From contig NC_057719.1 of the NCBI RefSeq assembly GCF_004010195.1, positions 13,237,277 through 13,284,078 on the forward strand: a stretch of DNA of 46,802 nucleotides, written 5' to 3'. The translations under genes and the position numbers were made by a program. The stretch is from Chiloscyllium plagiosum (lineage: Eukaryota). Below the pieces are notes generated by a model that was not told the origin of the DNA, made no database searches, and worked only from the letters and a program-made list of their open reading frames with translations. Positions 22,943-34,409 of the stretch are shown here, piece by piece. Every line of letters starts with the position of its first letter. The stretch's first letter is position 1.

Positions 22943-23232
22943 GATGGCATGGTGGCTCAGTGGTTAGTGCTGCTGCCTCACAGTGCTAGGGACTCTGATT
23001 CAATTCCAGCCTTGGGTGACTGTCTGTGTGGAGTTTGCACATTCTCTCCATGTCTGTGTGGGTTTCCTCCCACAGTCCACAGATATGCAGGTCAGGTGAA
23101 TTGGCATTGCTAAATTGCCCCATAGTGTTCGGGGCATTAGTCAGAGGGAGATGAGTCTGGGTGGGTTACTCTTTGGAGGGTTGTGTGACCTTGTTGGGCT
23201 GAAGGGTTTGTTTCCATTCTGTAGGGAATCTA
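22943..23232 (+). mobile_element. HE1 SINE
   Basis: ggtggctcagtggttagtgctgctgcctcacag head, V-domain, gaagggtttgtttcc tail. Confidence 0.92.
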
Positions 23233-23960
23233 TACATTATGACCATGTCTGATCCTCTTGTCTCAATACGGTATTGGCACTTTCCCTGTCTTTATAATAT
23301 AAACTTGTATCAATCTCTTTCTTGAACCTACTTAGTAACCTTTAGTAACCTGATCATCTGTGGTAGAGTATTCCACAGGTTGAATACCCTCTCAGTAAAG
23401 AAATGTTTCCTCATTTCAGTCCTGAAATGGCCAAAAGTAAAATGAGTAGTAAGAGCCAGGACGTACACAGCTATGATTATAATCAGTCTGTAGATAACTT
23501 TGGTAAGAGAGTCCCTGATGTCAATGAAAAGAAGGCTGATTAATTGTCAGTCAACATCATACTGCTCCTGCATAGAGACCAGGTTTCTTAACAGTAACTA
23601 GAAGCACCAATTTGCAAAAGAAAAATGCAGACCGATTCTAGTCATTGCTGTCCTTTTCTTTCTAACATTTAATGGGAGGCATGTTTGCGAGCTATTTACT
23701 TTCTTCTCAAATGGGATGAATTTTAAAGGAACAGTCTTGGCCATTTTTTGTTGGACTCTCTCATCTTTCCTACCCGTGGACTGCCATGTTCCACCTTGTG
23801 GTAACGTTACTCATGAACGCAGCCTTTTATAATACAGAGAACAAACAGTATGGGATGCTCAAAGTCAGGTCTAACCAAGATTCTCATTTCTTCACTTGTG
23901 ACAAAGAGCACACTCTCCAATGCAACAACAACTTTGACTTGTAACGTTCTTTCAACGTAG

Positions 23961-23981
23961 ATATATATATATATATATATA
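23961..23981. repeat. (AT)n microsatellite
   Basis: About 10 AT units. Confidence 0.95.
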
Positions 23982-24147
23982 ATATGATGTAGATGAGAGT
24001 GTGGGAGGAATGATAAGTAAGGTTGCAGATGACAATAAAATTTGCCGTTATGGTTTACAATGAGGATGAAGGTCTTAGGTTGCAGGAGGATAGGAATGGA
24101 TTGGTTAGATGTATAGGTCAGTGGGAGACAGAATTTAACTCTGATAA

Positions 24148-24618
24148 AAGTGACGTTGCCAGGGTTGGAAGGTTTGAACGATAGGAAAAGGCTGAATCAG
24201 CTGGGGATATTTTCTCTGGAGTGTCAGAGGCTGAAGGATGATGTTATCGAAGTTTACAAAATTATGAGGGGCATGGAAAGGGTGAATAACCCAAAGTCTT
24301 TTCCCCAGGATGCGGGAGTCCAAAACAAGAGGGTTTAAGGTGAGGGGGGAAAGATATGAAAGGGACCTAAGGGTCAGTTATTTCTTGCAGAGGGTGGCAC
24401 TTATATGGAATGAGCTGCCAGAGAAAGTGGTGGAGGTTGGTACAATTGCAACATTGAAAAGGCAACTGGATGGGTATATGAATAGGAAGAGTTTAGAGGG
24501 ATATGGACCAAATGCTGGCAAATAGGATTAGATTAATTTAGGATATCTGGTTGGCATGGATGAGTTAGACTAAAGGATCTGTTTCCATGCTGTACACCTC
24601 TACGGTTCTATGACTCTA
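24148..24618 (+). mobile_element. HER1/CR1 3' end
   Basis: LPGLEGL..RLNQLGIFSLE..RLKDDVIEVYKIMRG; LQRVALIWNELPEKVVE; tail tctatgactcta. Confidence 0.9.
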
Positions 24619-24627
24619 AGTGTGACA

Positions 24628-24789
24628 TGGACAAAGTTAAAAGCCACACAACAACAGGTGATAGTCCAACAGGTTTATTTGGAATTACTAGCTTTTGAAG
24701 CATGGCTTCTTCGACAGGTGGTTGTGGAGCCGAATCAGAAGACACAGACTTTATAGCAGTAGGATTGCAGTGTCATGGAATGTAATATT
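24628..24789 (-). mobile_element. Penelope family B terminal fragment, hammerhead decayed
   Basis: Colinear with 20438-20598. Confidence 0.85.
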
Positions 24790-25898
24790 AAGTTACATTT
24801 ATTTAATATTCAGTGGAACAGAGGAATTTTGGAATGCTTGTCCATTGATCCCAGAAGAGGGCAAGGCAAGTCAATTGGATCATTAAGGAAGCATGCAGGA
24901 CACTTACCTTTACTGGCTGAGGCAGCAATCACTTCAAGGGAGGTTATGTTGGAACTGTAAAGACCTTTGGGTAGGCCACAGCTGGAATACTGTGTGCAAT
25001 TCTGGTCACCGCACTATAGGGAACATGTGATTGTGTTGTAGGAGTGCAGAGGGGATTCACCAGAATGTTGCCTGGGATGGAGCATTTCAACAATGAAGGG
25101 AGTCTGGATAGGGTAGAATGGTTTTCTTTACAGCACAGGAAGTTGAGAGGGGACCTGACTGGTGTGTATGAGATTAGGAAGGATATGGACAGGATGAAGA
25201 GAAAGCAGATCAGTTCGTTGAAGGGTCAATAACAAGGAGGCGTGATTTTATGGTGAAAGGCAGGAAGTTTAAAGGGGATGTGATGTAAAACGTTTTCACC
25301 CAGAGGTCTGTTAGGGTCTGAAATATCATAAAGCTATGGGCCAAGTGCTGGCAAGTGGGACTCGTATAGACTTAGAGTTGTTTAGTTGGTGTAGATTCGA
25401 TGAGCTGAAGAGCATCTTTTGTCATGTATGATTCTAGGAACAATGTCTCAAGGAGCTTTGCAAAAAAAAAAGACTCCTCACCATATGGGGTGAATTGAAG
25501 AAAGAGAGGGAGATGAAGGGATTTATAAAGGAATGCCAAAGCTTTGAGTCCAGGTCTAATGAGCAGAGCCACCACCAGTGAGGAGGTCAGAACTGGAAAT
25601 GCAGAGTTCCCATTTCCTGGTGTGGGTGGTCAAGGGACCATGGGCCCAACTTGAGACATTCTAAATTGACCCTCAGCTGGAGATATCAGGCCTGACAGAA
25701 AATTGGTCAAACCAAATTAAGCAGCAGCCAGAAACTACCAGTTACACATTACAGTGGAAACCAAAGTCCAACAAACCATAAGATATAGGAGCAGAAGTAG
25801 GCCATTCAGCCCATCGAATCTGCTCCTCCATATGATCTGATATACTTCTCAACCATCATTCTCCTGCCTTCACCCCATAACCCTTGATTCCCTTACAA

Positions 25899-26190
25899 TG
25901 TTCTGTGGACCCAGGTTCAATTCACACCACGGCTGATGGTGGAATTTGAACCCAATAAAAAAATCTGGATTTAAGAATTTATCGATGTTATTGAAACTGT
26001 TGCTGATGGTTGGAAAAACCTATTTGGTTCACTAATGCCCTTTGGGAAAGGAAACTATTGTCCTTACCTGGTCTGGCCAACATATGACTCCAGACACACA
26101 GCAAGGTGTTTGACACTTCATTGCCTTCTGGGAAATTAAGGATGGCCTAGCCAGTGATGCAGAGATCCTATGAACGAATAAGAAAAACAA
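25899..26190 (+). mobile_element. Bipartite tRNA-headed SINE, 5' truncated
   Basis: Homologous to 1550-1782 plus the LINE tail. Confidence 0.85.
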
Positions 26191-26913
26191 GAACCTATCT
26201 ATCTCTGTCTTAAATACACTCAATGACTTGGACTCCGTCCTCTGTGGTAATGAGCTCCATAGATTTGTTACCCTGGGGCTGAAGAAAGTTCCAAAGTGTC
26301 ATCCTGATGACTAGGAGGCCTGTACACATCTCCCATCAGGGTCTTTTCCCCTTTACAGTTCCTCAACTCTACCCACGCAGACTCTATGCCTTCCGACTCC
26401 AAATGTGATGTGTGACCAAATGTGGTATAACTAGAGGCTTATACAGCCTCAGCTGGACACCTCTGCTCTTGTTTTCTATCCCTCTTGAAATGAATGCCAA
26501 CATTGAATGCCTTCTTAACTGCCAACTCAACCTGCATGTTAACATTAAGAAGATCCTGAACTGGGACTCCCTTCAGATTTCTGAAACCCCTCCCCTGTTT
26601 AGAAATTAGTCTTTGCCTCTATTCTTCCGACCAAAATGTATAACCTCACACCTTCCCACATTGTACTCTTTGCAATGAGTAACTTCTTTGCCCACTCTCC
26701 TAGCCTGTCCAAGTTCATCTGCAGCCTCCTTGTTACCTGTCCATTCACTTATCTTTGTGTCATCGGTAAACTTATCAACAATGCCCTCAGTTCCTTTGTC
26801 CAGATCATTAATGAATAGTTGTGGTCCCAACACTGACCCCTGCAGAACTCCACTAGTCACCAGTTACCATCATGAAAAAATTTCCTTTATACCTATTCGC
26901 TGCCTTCTGCTAG

Positions 26914-27044
26914 AGACAACCATCTGATGAAGGAGCAGCGCTCCGAAAGCTAGTGCTTTCAAATAAACCTGTTGGACTTTAACCTAGTATTGTATGATTT
27001 TGAACTTTGTCCACTCCAGTCCAACACTGGCATCTCCAAATCAT
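26914..27044 (+). mobile_element. 131-bp Penelope family B terminal insertion
   Basis: Flanked by ttctgc(t/c)ag at 26905-26913 and 27045-27053; homologous to 11825-11950. Confidence 0.88.
26921..26955 (+). ncRNA. Minimal hammerhead ribozyme motif, intact
   Basis: CAT-CTGATGA-A-GGAGC-AGC-GCTCC-GAAAG-CTA-GTG. Confidence 0.78.
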
Positions 27045-27148
27045 TTCTGCCAGTGTGCAATCCTCTGTCCATGCTAGTACCTTGCCCATAATGCCATTGG
27101 CTCTTATCTTATTTAGCAGCCTCCTATGTGGCACCTTGTCAAGGGCAA

Positions 27149-27769
27149 TGTTGAAGGTTAAAGGGGGGAACCAGTTACAACCAGCCTGAGGGTTAGGAAT
27201 TAAAGAAGTTTCCATCAGACCTCTGGGCAGCTTGACTTCCAGCCAGTGCCTGAAGATCCGCATTATGCACCTTCGCACAGTACCTGTGAAGGGTGTTGCC
27301 ATTGGTTGCTTTGAACCCAACTCATGATCCCATTGGTCAAAGGCTACAGAACATTCAGGAAGGTCCGGGTGATAAGAACATACATTTGGAAGCCATGCCT
27401 CAGTGAAGGCTCTCAGCAAAGACTCACAGTGAGGATTTGCAGCAAGGACCATGGCAGATGGGAGCAGGTTATGCAGCAACCCAAGGAGACCCAGGAAAAG
27501 ATCTGCCCTGACCTGCAAGGCCCACCTTTGTGGAAGGAAGCCTGTCCTACATCAGGAAGGAAGGAGATCCCAATGGCCCAGCTCAGACACATTAAGGGTC
27601 GGGGATATTATCCATTCTCAGATGGATAGAGAGTAAATATTGTGAGAGTTTGGGAAATGTGTACACAGGGTTTTTAATAAGGAATAAAATAATAAAATTG
27701 AGTTGAACCGCAAACCAAATTCTGTGTTTCTTTGTCCATCAAGAATGCATGGGTAAAGTGTTTTTGACA
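27149..27769 (+). mobile_element. Candidate solo LTR
   Basis: About 620 bp starting TGT and ending ACA, with AATAAA signals near 27683-27697 followed by a GT/T-rich stretch; no clean TSD. Confidence 0.4.
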
Positions 27770-27804
27770 CATTAGCTGATCAAAGAGTCCAAAGAATAGA
27801 TAAT

Positions 27805-27930
27805 GGGTGAAAGACTATTGCTATGAAATATTTCATCTCTGATTCTCTCCCTTCACATATTGGTTGATCTGATCAGTTATCCTGACATTTTCTGCTTTTA
27901 ATTCAGATTTCCACCATCTGCAGTGTGCTG
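27805..27930 (+). mobile_element. Old Penelope terminal fragment (third variant)
   Basis: cattttctgcttttattcagatttccaccatctgcagt resembles Penelope ends (compare ctccagcatctgcagtc at 6284-6300). Confidence 0.55.
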
Positions 27931-27989
27931 TTGCTGTTGTGAATTCTCACCGTGGGCCTTCAGTCCAAAACCTTCTGAAACAGGAGAAC

Positions 27990-28312
27990 TTTTTCTTCAT
28001 TCATTGGAAGAGAGCATTGCTGGTTGGGCCAGCATTTATTGCCCAGAGGGCAGTTAAATGTCAACCACATTGCTGGGGGTTCGGAGTGATAGGTAGGTCA
28101 GACCAGGTAAGATTGACAGTTTCCTTCCCTAAAGGACATTAGTGACACCAAAGGGTTTTTTACAACAGTAGATTCATGGTCATAATTAGATGCTTACTTC
28201 CAGATTTTACTGAGTTCAAACTACACCATCTACTGTGACAGGATTTAAGCCCACATTCCCAAGCTCTCTGGATTAACAGTCCAGTGACAATACCACTAGG
28301 GCACTGCTACCA
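27990..28312 (-). mobile_element. Bipartite tRNA-headed SINE
   Basis: Reverse complement of the 2156-2498 type (gaccaggtaag, tttccttccctaaaggacattagtga, aataccactagg). Confidence 0.87.
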
Positions 28313-28389
28313 CCTGCTAGCACAGCTATCTGACTCGACTTGATGCCTTACAATGACAGCATGGTTACACAGTACACCGCACAGCACGA

Positions 28390-28760
28390 GGTCACTCAGC
28401 CTATCAAGCCTTTACTGCTGAAAAGTGAGTCACCCAACACAACCTTAAGTAGCAGCATTTGACCATAGTTCTGGGCTTGAGGCGCATTTCCTGACACCTT
28501 TTAAAATAAGTAAGGTTTTCTGTCTCCACCACTCTTTCGGGCAGTGAGTTCCAGATCTTTATCACACTCTGGGTGAAACTTTTCCTCATCTCCCCTCCAG
28601 TATTTCTACCAATCGTTTTAAATCCATGATTTCTTCAAAGTCACTAATCTCTTTGTTAAAGTTAAACTGGTCCTTCCCACCCACTTTATCCTGGCCCCTC
28701 ATAGCTTGTCCATCTCAATCAAATCGCCCTTCCTGTGTTCCAAGGTGAATCTCGCCCAGC
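28390..28760 (-). mobile_element. CR1 3' fragment, decayed
   Basis: ORF 28404-28589(-) MRKSFTQSVIKIWNSLPERVVE. Confidence 0.8.
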
Positions 28761-28761
28761 T

Positions 28762-29217
28762 TATGGTGGCACATTGGCTAGCACTGCTGTTTCACAGTGC
28801 TTGGGTCCTGGGTTTGATTCCACCCTCTCAGGCGACTGTTTGTGTGGCATTTGTACATTTGCCCATGTGTGGGCTTCCTCCCATCGTCCAAAGATGTGCA
28901 GGTTCGGTGGAGTGGCCATGGGAGATTGCTCATAGTGGCAAAAGTGAGGACTGCCGATGCTGGAAACCAGAATCTAGATTAGAGTGATGCTGGAAAAGCA
29001 CAGCAGGTCAGGCAGCATCTGAGGAGCAGGAAAATCGATGTTTCAGGCAAACGATGAAGGGCTTTTGCCCAAAACTTCGAAATTGCTGATAGTATCCAGG
29101 GACTTGTAAATTAGGTAGATTAGCCATGGGAAAATGTGGGGTGATAGAGATTGGGTCTGGGGGGATGCCCTTTGGAGGTTGGACTGAATGGCCTGCTTTC
29201 ACAATGTAAGGATTCTG
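28762..29217 (+). mobile_element. HE1 SINE split by a Penelope insert
   Basis: Head ggtggcacattggctagcactgctg, V-domain, tail gaatggcctgctttcac. Confidence 0.85.
28937..29081 (-). mobile_element. Penelope family A terminal insertion with short fold-back
   Basis: TSD attgct(c/g)atagt 28925-28936 and 29082-29093; strand switch inside the hammerhead (gtttcaggcaaa / cgatgaagggcttttgcccaaaac). Confidence 0.85.
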
Positions 29218-29409
29218 TCCGATCCCTCCTTGTTGATGCAATTTTCCAGTCTTTGCAATGTTTGTGCAAATCTCCTGTGCGCTATCATGAGTATAATTGC
29301 ATCCTTTCCTAGACAGTCCCAAAGTGTCAGTTTTCAGTTTGCAGCTCGGTGATCTTGTGACCTCCCTGAGATAATGTTATGAATTTAGAAAAACTGAGTT
29401 TAAGGAACT

Positions 29410-29690
29410 CGCCTCCATCACTAATTGCCCTTGAGATCAAACAAGAGTTAACCATGTTGCTACGGGTCTGGAGTCATATAGACTGAATAAATTTGGCACA
29501 TTTTCCCTCCCTAAAGGGAATTAGTGAACCAGACCGGTTTTTACAACAATCAGTGATAATTTTGCAGTCATATTCAGTTCCAGATTTTTCTTTTAACATT
29601 TGTTTGAACTTAAGTACCAACCTGTGCCATGGTGGGATTTGAAACTGTGTTCCCTAAAAATTAGCCTGAGCCTCTGAATAACTAGTGATA
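29410..29690 (-). mobile_element. Bipartite tRNA-headed SINE, decayed
   Basis: ctaattgcccttgag, gggtctggagtca, ccctaaagggaattagtgaaccaga, gccatggtgggatttgaa. Confidence 0.8.
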
Positions 29691-31022
29691 TATATATAAG
29701 CCAAACCACGTTCTATAACAATGCATTCTTCAAAATGAAGTTTTAACTGGGTCAAAACCACTTGGACAGAGGTTCGAATCAGGCCCAGTGTTGACATCAG
29801 TGAAAAACAATGATTAATTATAAATGTTATAAATTATATGAAAAGTACCAAAAAATGCAACTGAATACATTTTAGCAATATAGCATAATTGATTTATAGT
29901 TGAGTTTTAAAAGCATTAATCATTTCAAGAACAGCAGGAATTTATGTAAAAAAAAAATTAATCTCACCAAGTGATGAAGTCGATTACATATTTTCAGAGG
30001 ATTAAAACCTTAAGGCCCTGAGCAGTTTTAATTATTAAGTGAATTCATCGGGTACACTTTACTTACAAAGAAACTTTCATTTAATTCTCCCTGCTGTTGG
30101 GAGATGAAATTAAATTAGCTTGAAGAAAAACAGACTAGTCAGGCTTGAGGGAGGAAAATTTACATAACCGAGTTGGAAAAATATTGGGACATTTGTAATT
30201 TCATAAATATTGAAGCTGGACATCAAAGGGTTGATAATCCAGTATATTTTGGTTCTTTCACCATTGCGTGGTCCTGATGAATGGGAACAAGCTGAGAGTG
30301 TTTTTCCAAAATTGCAGGCAACTTGGAATTACCCAAAGTGACCAAAAAATATTTTTGGAGTTAGCTTATTTAAGGCAAGTAGGAAGAATGTTCTCCCTTC
30401 TTAGAAACTCCTGCAGGGTTGAGGATGACTTGGAGGGGAACTTGCATTAGTGGGGTTCCCATGTATCTGATGATGAGGGAAGTTAAGAAACATATAAAGT
30501 TAAAAGAGAAAAAGTATAACATAGCAAAGATAAATGGGAAAACGGAGGACTGGGAAGCTTTTAAAGAACAACAGAGAATTACTAAGAAGGAAATATGCAG
30601 AGGAAAAATGAGGTACGAAGGTAAACTGGCCAAGAATATAAAGGAGGATAGTAAAAGCTTTTCTAGGTATGTGCAAGGCAAAAAAATGGTTAAGACTAAA
30701 ATTGGGCCCTTGAAGACAGAAAATGGGGAATATATTATGGGGAACAAAGAAATGGCAGAAGAATTGAATTGGTACTTCAGATCTGTGTTCATTGGGGAAG
30801 ACACAAGCAATCTCCCTGAGGTAACAGTGGCTGAAGGACCTGAACTGAAGGGAATTTATATTTGCCAGGAATTGGTGTTGGAGAGACTGTTAGGTCTGAA
30901 GGTTGATAAGTCCCCGGGGCCTGATGGTCTACATCCCAGGGCACTGAAGGAGGTGGCTCGAGAAATCCTGGATGCGTTGGTGATTAGTTTCCAGAGTTCA
31001 ATAGATTCAGGATCAGTTCCTG

Positions 31023-31686
31023 NNNNNNNNNNNNNNNNNNNNNNNNNNNNNNNNNNNNNNNNNNNNNNNNNNNNNNNNNNNNNNNNNNNNNNNNNNNNNN
31101 NNNNNNNNNNNNNNNNNNNNNNNNNNNNNNNNNNNNNNNNNNNNNNNNNNNNNNNNNNNNNNNNNNNNNNNNNNNNNNNNNNNNNNNNNNNNNNNNNNNN
31201 NNNNNNNNNNNNNNNNNNNNNNNNNNNNNNNNNNNNNNNNNNNNNNNNNNNNNNNNNNNNNNNNNNNNNNNNNNNNNNNNNNNNNNNNNNNNNNNNNNNN
31301 NNNNNNNNNNNNNNNNNNNNNNNNNNNNNNNNNNNNNNNNNNNNNNNNNNNNNNNNNNNNNNNNNNNNNNNNNNNNNNNNNNNNNNNNNNNNNNNNNNNN
31401 NNNNNNNNNNNNNNNNNNNNNNNNNNNNNNNNNNNNNNNNNNNNNNNNNNNNNNNNNNNNNNNNNNNNNNNNNNNNNNNNNNNNNNNNNNNNNNNNNNNN
31501 NNNNNNNNNNNNNNNNNNNNNNNNNNNNNNNNNNNNNNNNNNNNNNNNNNNNNNNNNNNNNNNNNNNNNNNNNNNNNNNNNNNNNNNNNNNNNNNNNNNN
31601 NNNNNNNNNNNNNNNNNNNNNNNNNNNNNNNNNNNNNNNNNNNNNNNNNNNNNNNNNNNNNNNNNNNNNNNNNNNNNNNNNNNNNN
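31023..31686. other. Assembly gap (N run)
   Basis: Run of n. Confidence 1.
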
Positions 31687-31903
31687 TACAGGGTCCTGGT
31701 GAGACCACACCTGGAGTATTGTGTGCAGTTCTGGTCTCCAAATTTGAGGAAAGACATTCTGGCTATTGAAGGAGTGCAGCGTAGGTTCACGAGGTCAATT
31801 CCTGGAATGGCGGGACTACCTTACGCTGAAAGACTGGAGCGACTGGGCTTGTATACCCTTGAGTTTAGAAGACTGAGAGGGGATCTGATTGAGACATATA
31901 AGA

Positions 31904-31979
31904 TAAGACCATAAGACATAGGAGCGGAAGTAAGGCCATTTGACCCATCGAGTCCACTCTGCCATTCAATCATGGCTGA
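31904..31979 (-). mobile_element. ~76-bp CR1 3' terminus inserted antisense within the CR1
   Basis: taagaccataagacataggagcggaagtaaggccatttgacccatcgagtccactctgccattcaatcatggctga interrupts ETYKI/IKGLD and is the reverse complement of the tail type at 13993-14065. Confidence 0.85.
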
Positions 31980-33594
31980 TATTAAAGGATTGGACACTCT
32001 GGAGGCAGAAACATGTTTCTGCTTATGGGTGAGTGCCGAACCAGAGGACACAGCTTAAAAATAGGGGGTAGACCATTTAGGACAGAGATGAGGAGAAACT
32101 TCTTCACCCAGAGAGTGGTGGCTGTGTGGAATGCTCTGCCCCAGAGGGCAGTGGAGGCCCAGTCTCTGGATTCATTTAAAAAAGAGTTGGATAGGGCTCT
32201 CAAGGATTGTGGAATCAAGGGTTATGGAGATAAGGCAGGAACAGGATACTGATTAAGGATGATCAGCCATGATCATATTGAATGGTGGTGCAGGCTCGAA
32301 GGGCACCTATTGTCTATTGTCCTTCCAGATGGAAGTGGTCGTGGCTTTGGAGGGTGCTCTCAAGGATCTTTGATAATTTCTGCCATGCAGCTTGTAGACA
32401 GTGCACACTGCTGCTACTGAGTGCTGGTGTTGGAAGGAGTGGATGATATGAATGTGGTGCCAATCAAGTGGGCTGTTTTATCCTGGCTGATATCAAGCTT
32501 CTTGAGTATTGTTGGAGCTGCCCCCATCCAGGCAAGTGGGAAACATTCCATCACTCTCCTGACTCGTGGCTTGCAGATGATGGACAGGCTTTGAGGAGTC
32601 AGGCGGTGAGTTACTCACCTCAGGTTAGTGTGTTATCTGATGCCTCAATTCACCTCCGCATACTTCCAATGACATTTCTCGATGGGTCCCAAATTAATCT
32701 TCTTCATATTAGTTGGTCCGTAACTAGGGATCCCCATGAGTCAGAGGCATTACGATCAAATTTGGAGTCAAGTGATTGCTCAGAGAGTCTGGTGTCAGAC
32801 ATACAAGCAACATATCACTCCCAGCCAAGCTGATGTGAAGTTGGTTCATGCTTTGATGCTGGGAAAGCAGGCTGAAAGAATGTATTGGGTTCCTCACTTG
32901 GGAATAAGTGGTGCCTTTGAAAATCTTTCATGTATCTATCACAAATCTGTGCAGTAGGTTGTGTGTAATATATGAGCTTACCAGTGATTCTGTGTTTCTA
33001 ACATGGAAAGTCAAGGCTCATCTGTGTTATACTATCTGTAACATGTGGGGGTAAGTCCTGTCGGTTCAGTAGTGCGAGCAATCTATTTGTGTGAACAATG
33101 TGTAAGCATTATTTATATGATCCACAGCTGGATGGGTTCAGAGATCTGGCTCCCTGTCTTATGCAATGCCTCATACCTTGATTCATTCATAACTGGGAGC
33201 TCAAAGTTGATTCAGAACACTGACCACTTACTCCAGGTCAGAATCTGTACCTGACACCAGGGATGAGAGGGTCCTTTTTCTGACAAGCGTTATCATTGCC
33301 ACATGGAAATAGGTCATTAGCGTACATCATTTGGTGCTAGCTGTGGTTAAAAAACATTGTTGACAAAAGACATGAGGGTGTAAGCCGTGGCAGTTGAGAT
33401 ACAGCCATGTTGCTGAATAAGGTGATTGGAGGTTGAGATTGATAGTGTTGGGAGAAGACAGTGCAAACATGGAGCAGCCTGCCCAAAGGATGATTGATGG
33501 CAGCGTCATAGATAGATTCATAGGCCTTTATAACCCAGAAAAAATATCCTTCGGCCCATCCGGTCTGTGCAAGTGAAAAATGACCACGTAACCT

Positions 33595-33925
33595 TTTTTT
33601 GATTCATTCATGGGATGTGACCAGGCCAGCATTCATTGCCCATCCCTATGTGCCAAGAGGGCATTTGATAGTCAACCAGATTGCTGTGTGTCTGGAGTCA
33701 TATGAAGGCCAGACCAGGTAAGGATGGCAGATTCCTTCCCTAATGGACAAAAGTGGGTCAAGTGGGAGTTTTGTTCCTGACAATTGACAACGGTTATCAT
33801 TAGAATATTTATTCTTGCTTTTTATTGCCTTTTAATGTCATGTCATTATTCAAACCCGGGTCCCCAGAACATTACCTGGTTCATTAATAGCTTGTGGCAA
33901 TATCACTGGACCATTGTCTCCCCTT
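33595..33925 (-). mobile_element. Bipartite tRNA-headed SINE
   Basis: attcattcatgggatgtg...ggccagcatt...tctggagtca...ggccagaccaggtaaggatggcag...ttcaaacccgggtccccagaacatt. Confidence 0.87.
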
Positions 33926-34409
33926 ACATCATTCCATTTCCCATCACTCGGCCTAGAGCCTTGTAAACTTCACAAGTGCACATCAAAATATTAAACAAGA
34001 TGTTCTTGTTTGTCGAAATGTAAGTGGAACTCTGATCTCCCCTCTCTTCCCCTGCTGAAATAACATGCTGAATATGAGCAGAAGTGTATTAGTGGTGAGG
34101 TTATCAGTGATAGACTGCAGTGTAAAACGTGCTGTTGGTTTCACTGAAAGGTCCTTTGCTGGGGTCCGTTGAAGGTTGTGTGATTTCTGTTCAATGCAAC
34201 CACTGCTTGTTCCAGTGATGGAAAGTGATGCCTGTGGAATCTTAATGGTTGTGGCACAACAGGAGGCCATTTGGCCTGCCATCTCCATGCTCAGTCAGGA
34301 CAATCTGACATGCCACTTTACCCTGGAACTCTGCATGTTTATATTTTCCAGATAATATCCTTTCAGGAGGATTCAACTGTTTCTGCCTCCAACACACTCT
34401 TAAGTAGTT

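Larger units (their letters stand above)
22708..23425 (-). mobile_element. CR1 3' end split by Penelope and HE1 insertions
   Basis: gaagcaggagtaggctatttggccc at the left and gtaaagaaatgtttcctcatttcagtcct at the right are antisense CR1 tail pieces. Confidence 0.75.
23982..25435 (+). mobile_element. CR1 LINE RT-to-3' fragment hosting two later insertions
   Basis: ISKVADDNKI (24013-), [15 protein letters not shown] (24973-), VQRGFTRMLPGME; tail tgtatgattcta. Confidence 0.85.
23925..25610 (-). mobile_element. L2 3' end split into 23925-23960 and 25436-25610 by nested insertions
   Basis: acaacaactttgacttgtaacgttctttcaacgtag ... aacaatgtctcaaggagctttgca ... gagagggagatgaagggatttataaaggaatgcca resembles the antisense of an L2 tail like 9150-9312. 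Confidence 0.55.
25775..27148 (-). mobile_element. CR1 LINE fragment with nested SINE and Penelope inserts
   Basis: ORF 26606-26860(-) TSGVLQGSVLGPQLFINDLD..KFTDDTKI; LDKVPHRRLLNKI near 27140; antisense tail ccataagatataggagcagaagtaggccattcagccc at 25777. Confidence 0.88.
30468..32320 (+). mobile_element. Young CR1 LINE, 5' truncated (ORF2, contains N gap)
   Basis: Open frame 30468-31022 (LAKNIKEDSKSF, DKSPGPDGLHPRALKEVA); [33 protein letters not shown]; tail cctattgtctattgtc. Confidence 0.95.
30400..32625 (-). mobile_element. ORF1-less CR1-group LINE 3' fragment split by a CR1 (30400-30467 and 32317-32625)
   Basis: ggggaacttg...gttcccatgtatct and ttgtccttccagatggaagtggtcg...tcaagcttcttgagt are the reverse complement of 4120-4480. 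Confidence 0.82.

Noticed and set aside
26979..27629. 179-aa and 101-aa ORFs
   Set aside because: Chimeric read-through of the LTR candidate, CR1 and Penelope sequence.
29771..29781. Isolated B-box-like ggttcgaatc
   Set aside because: No convincing A box or tRNA fold nearby.
32630..33500. Possible ancient LINE remnant or exons
   Set aside because: No recognisable motif or splice-consistent ORF.
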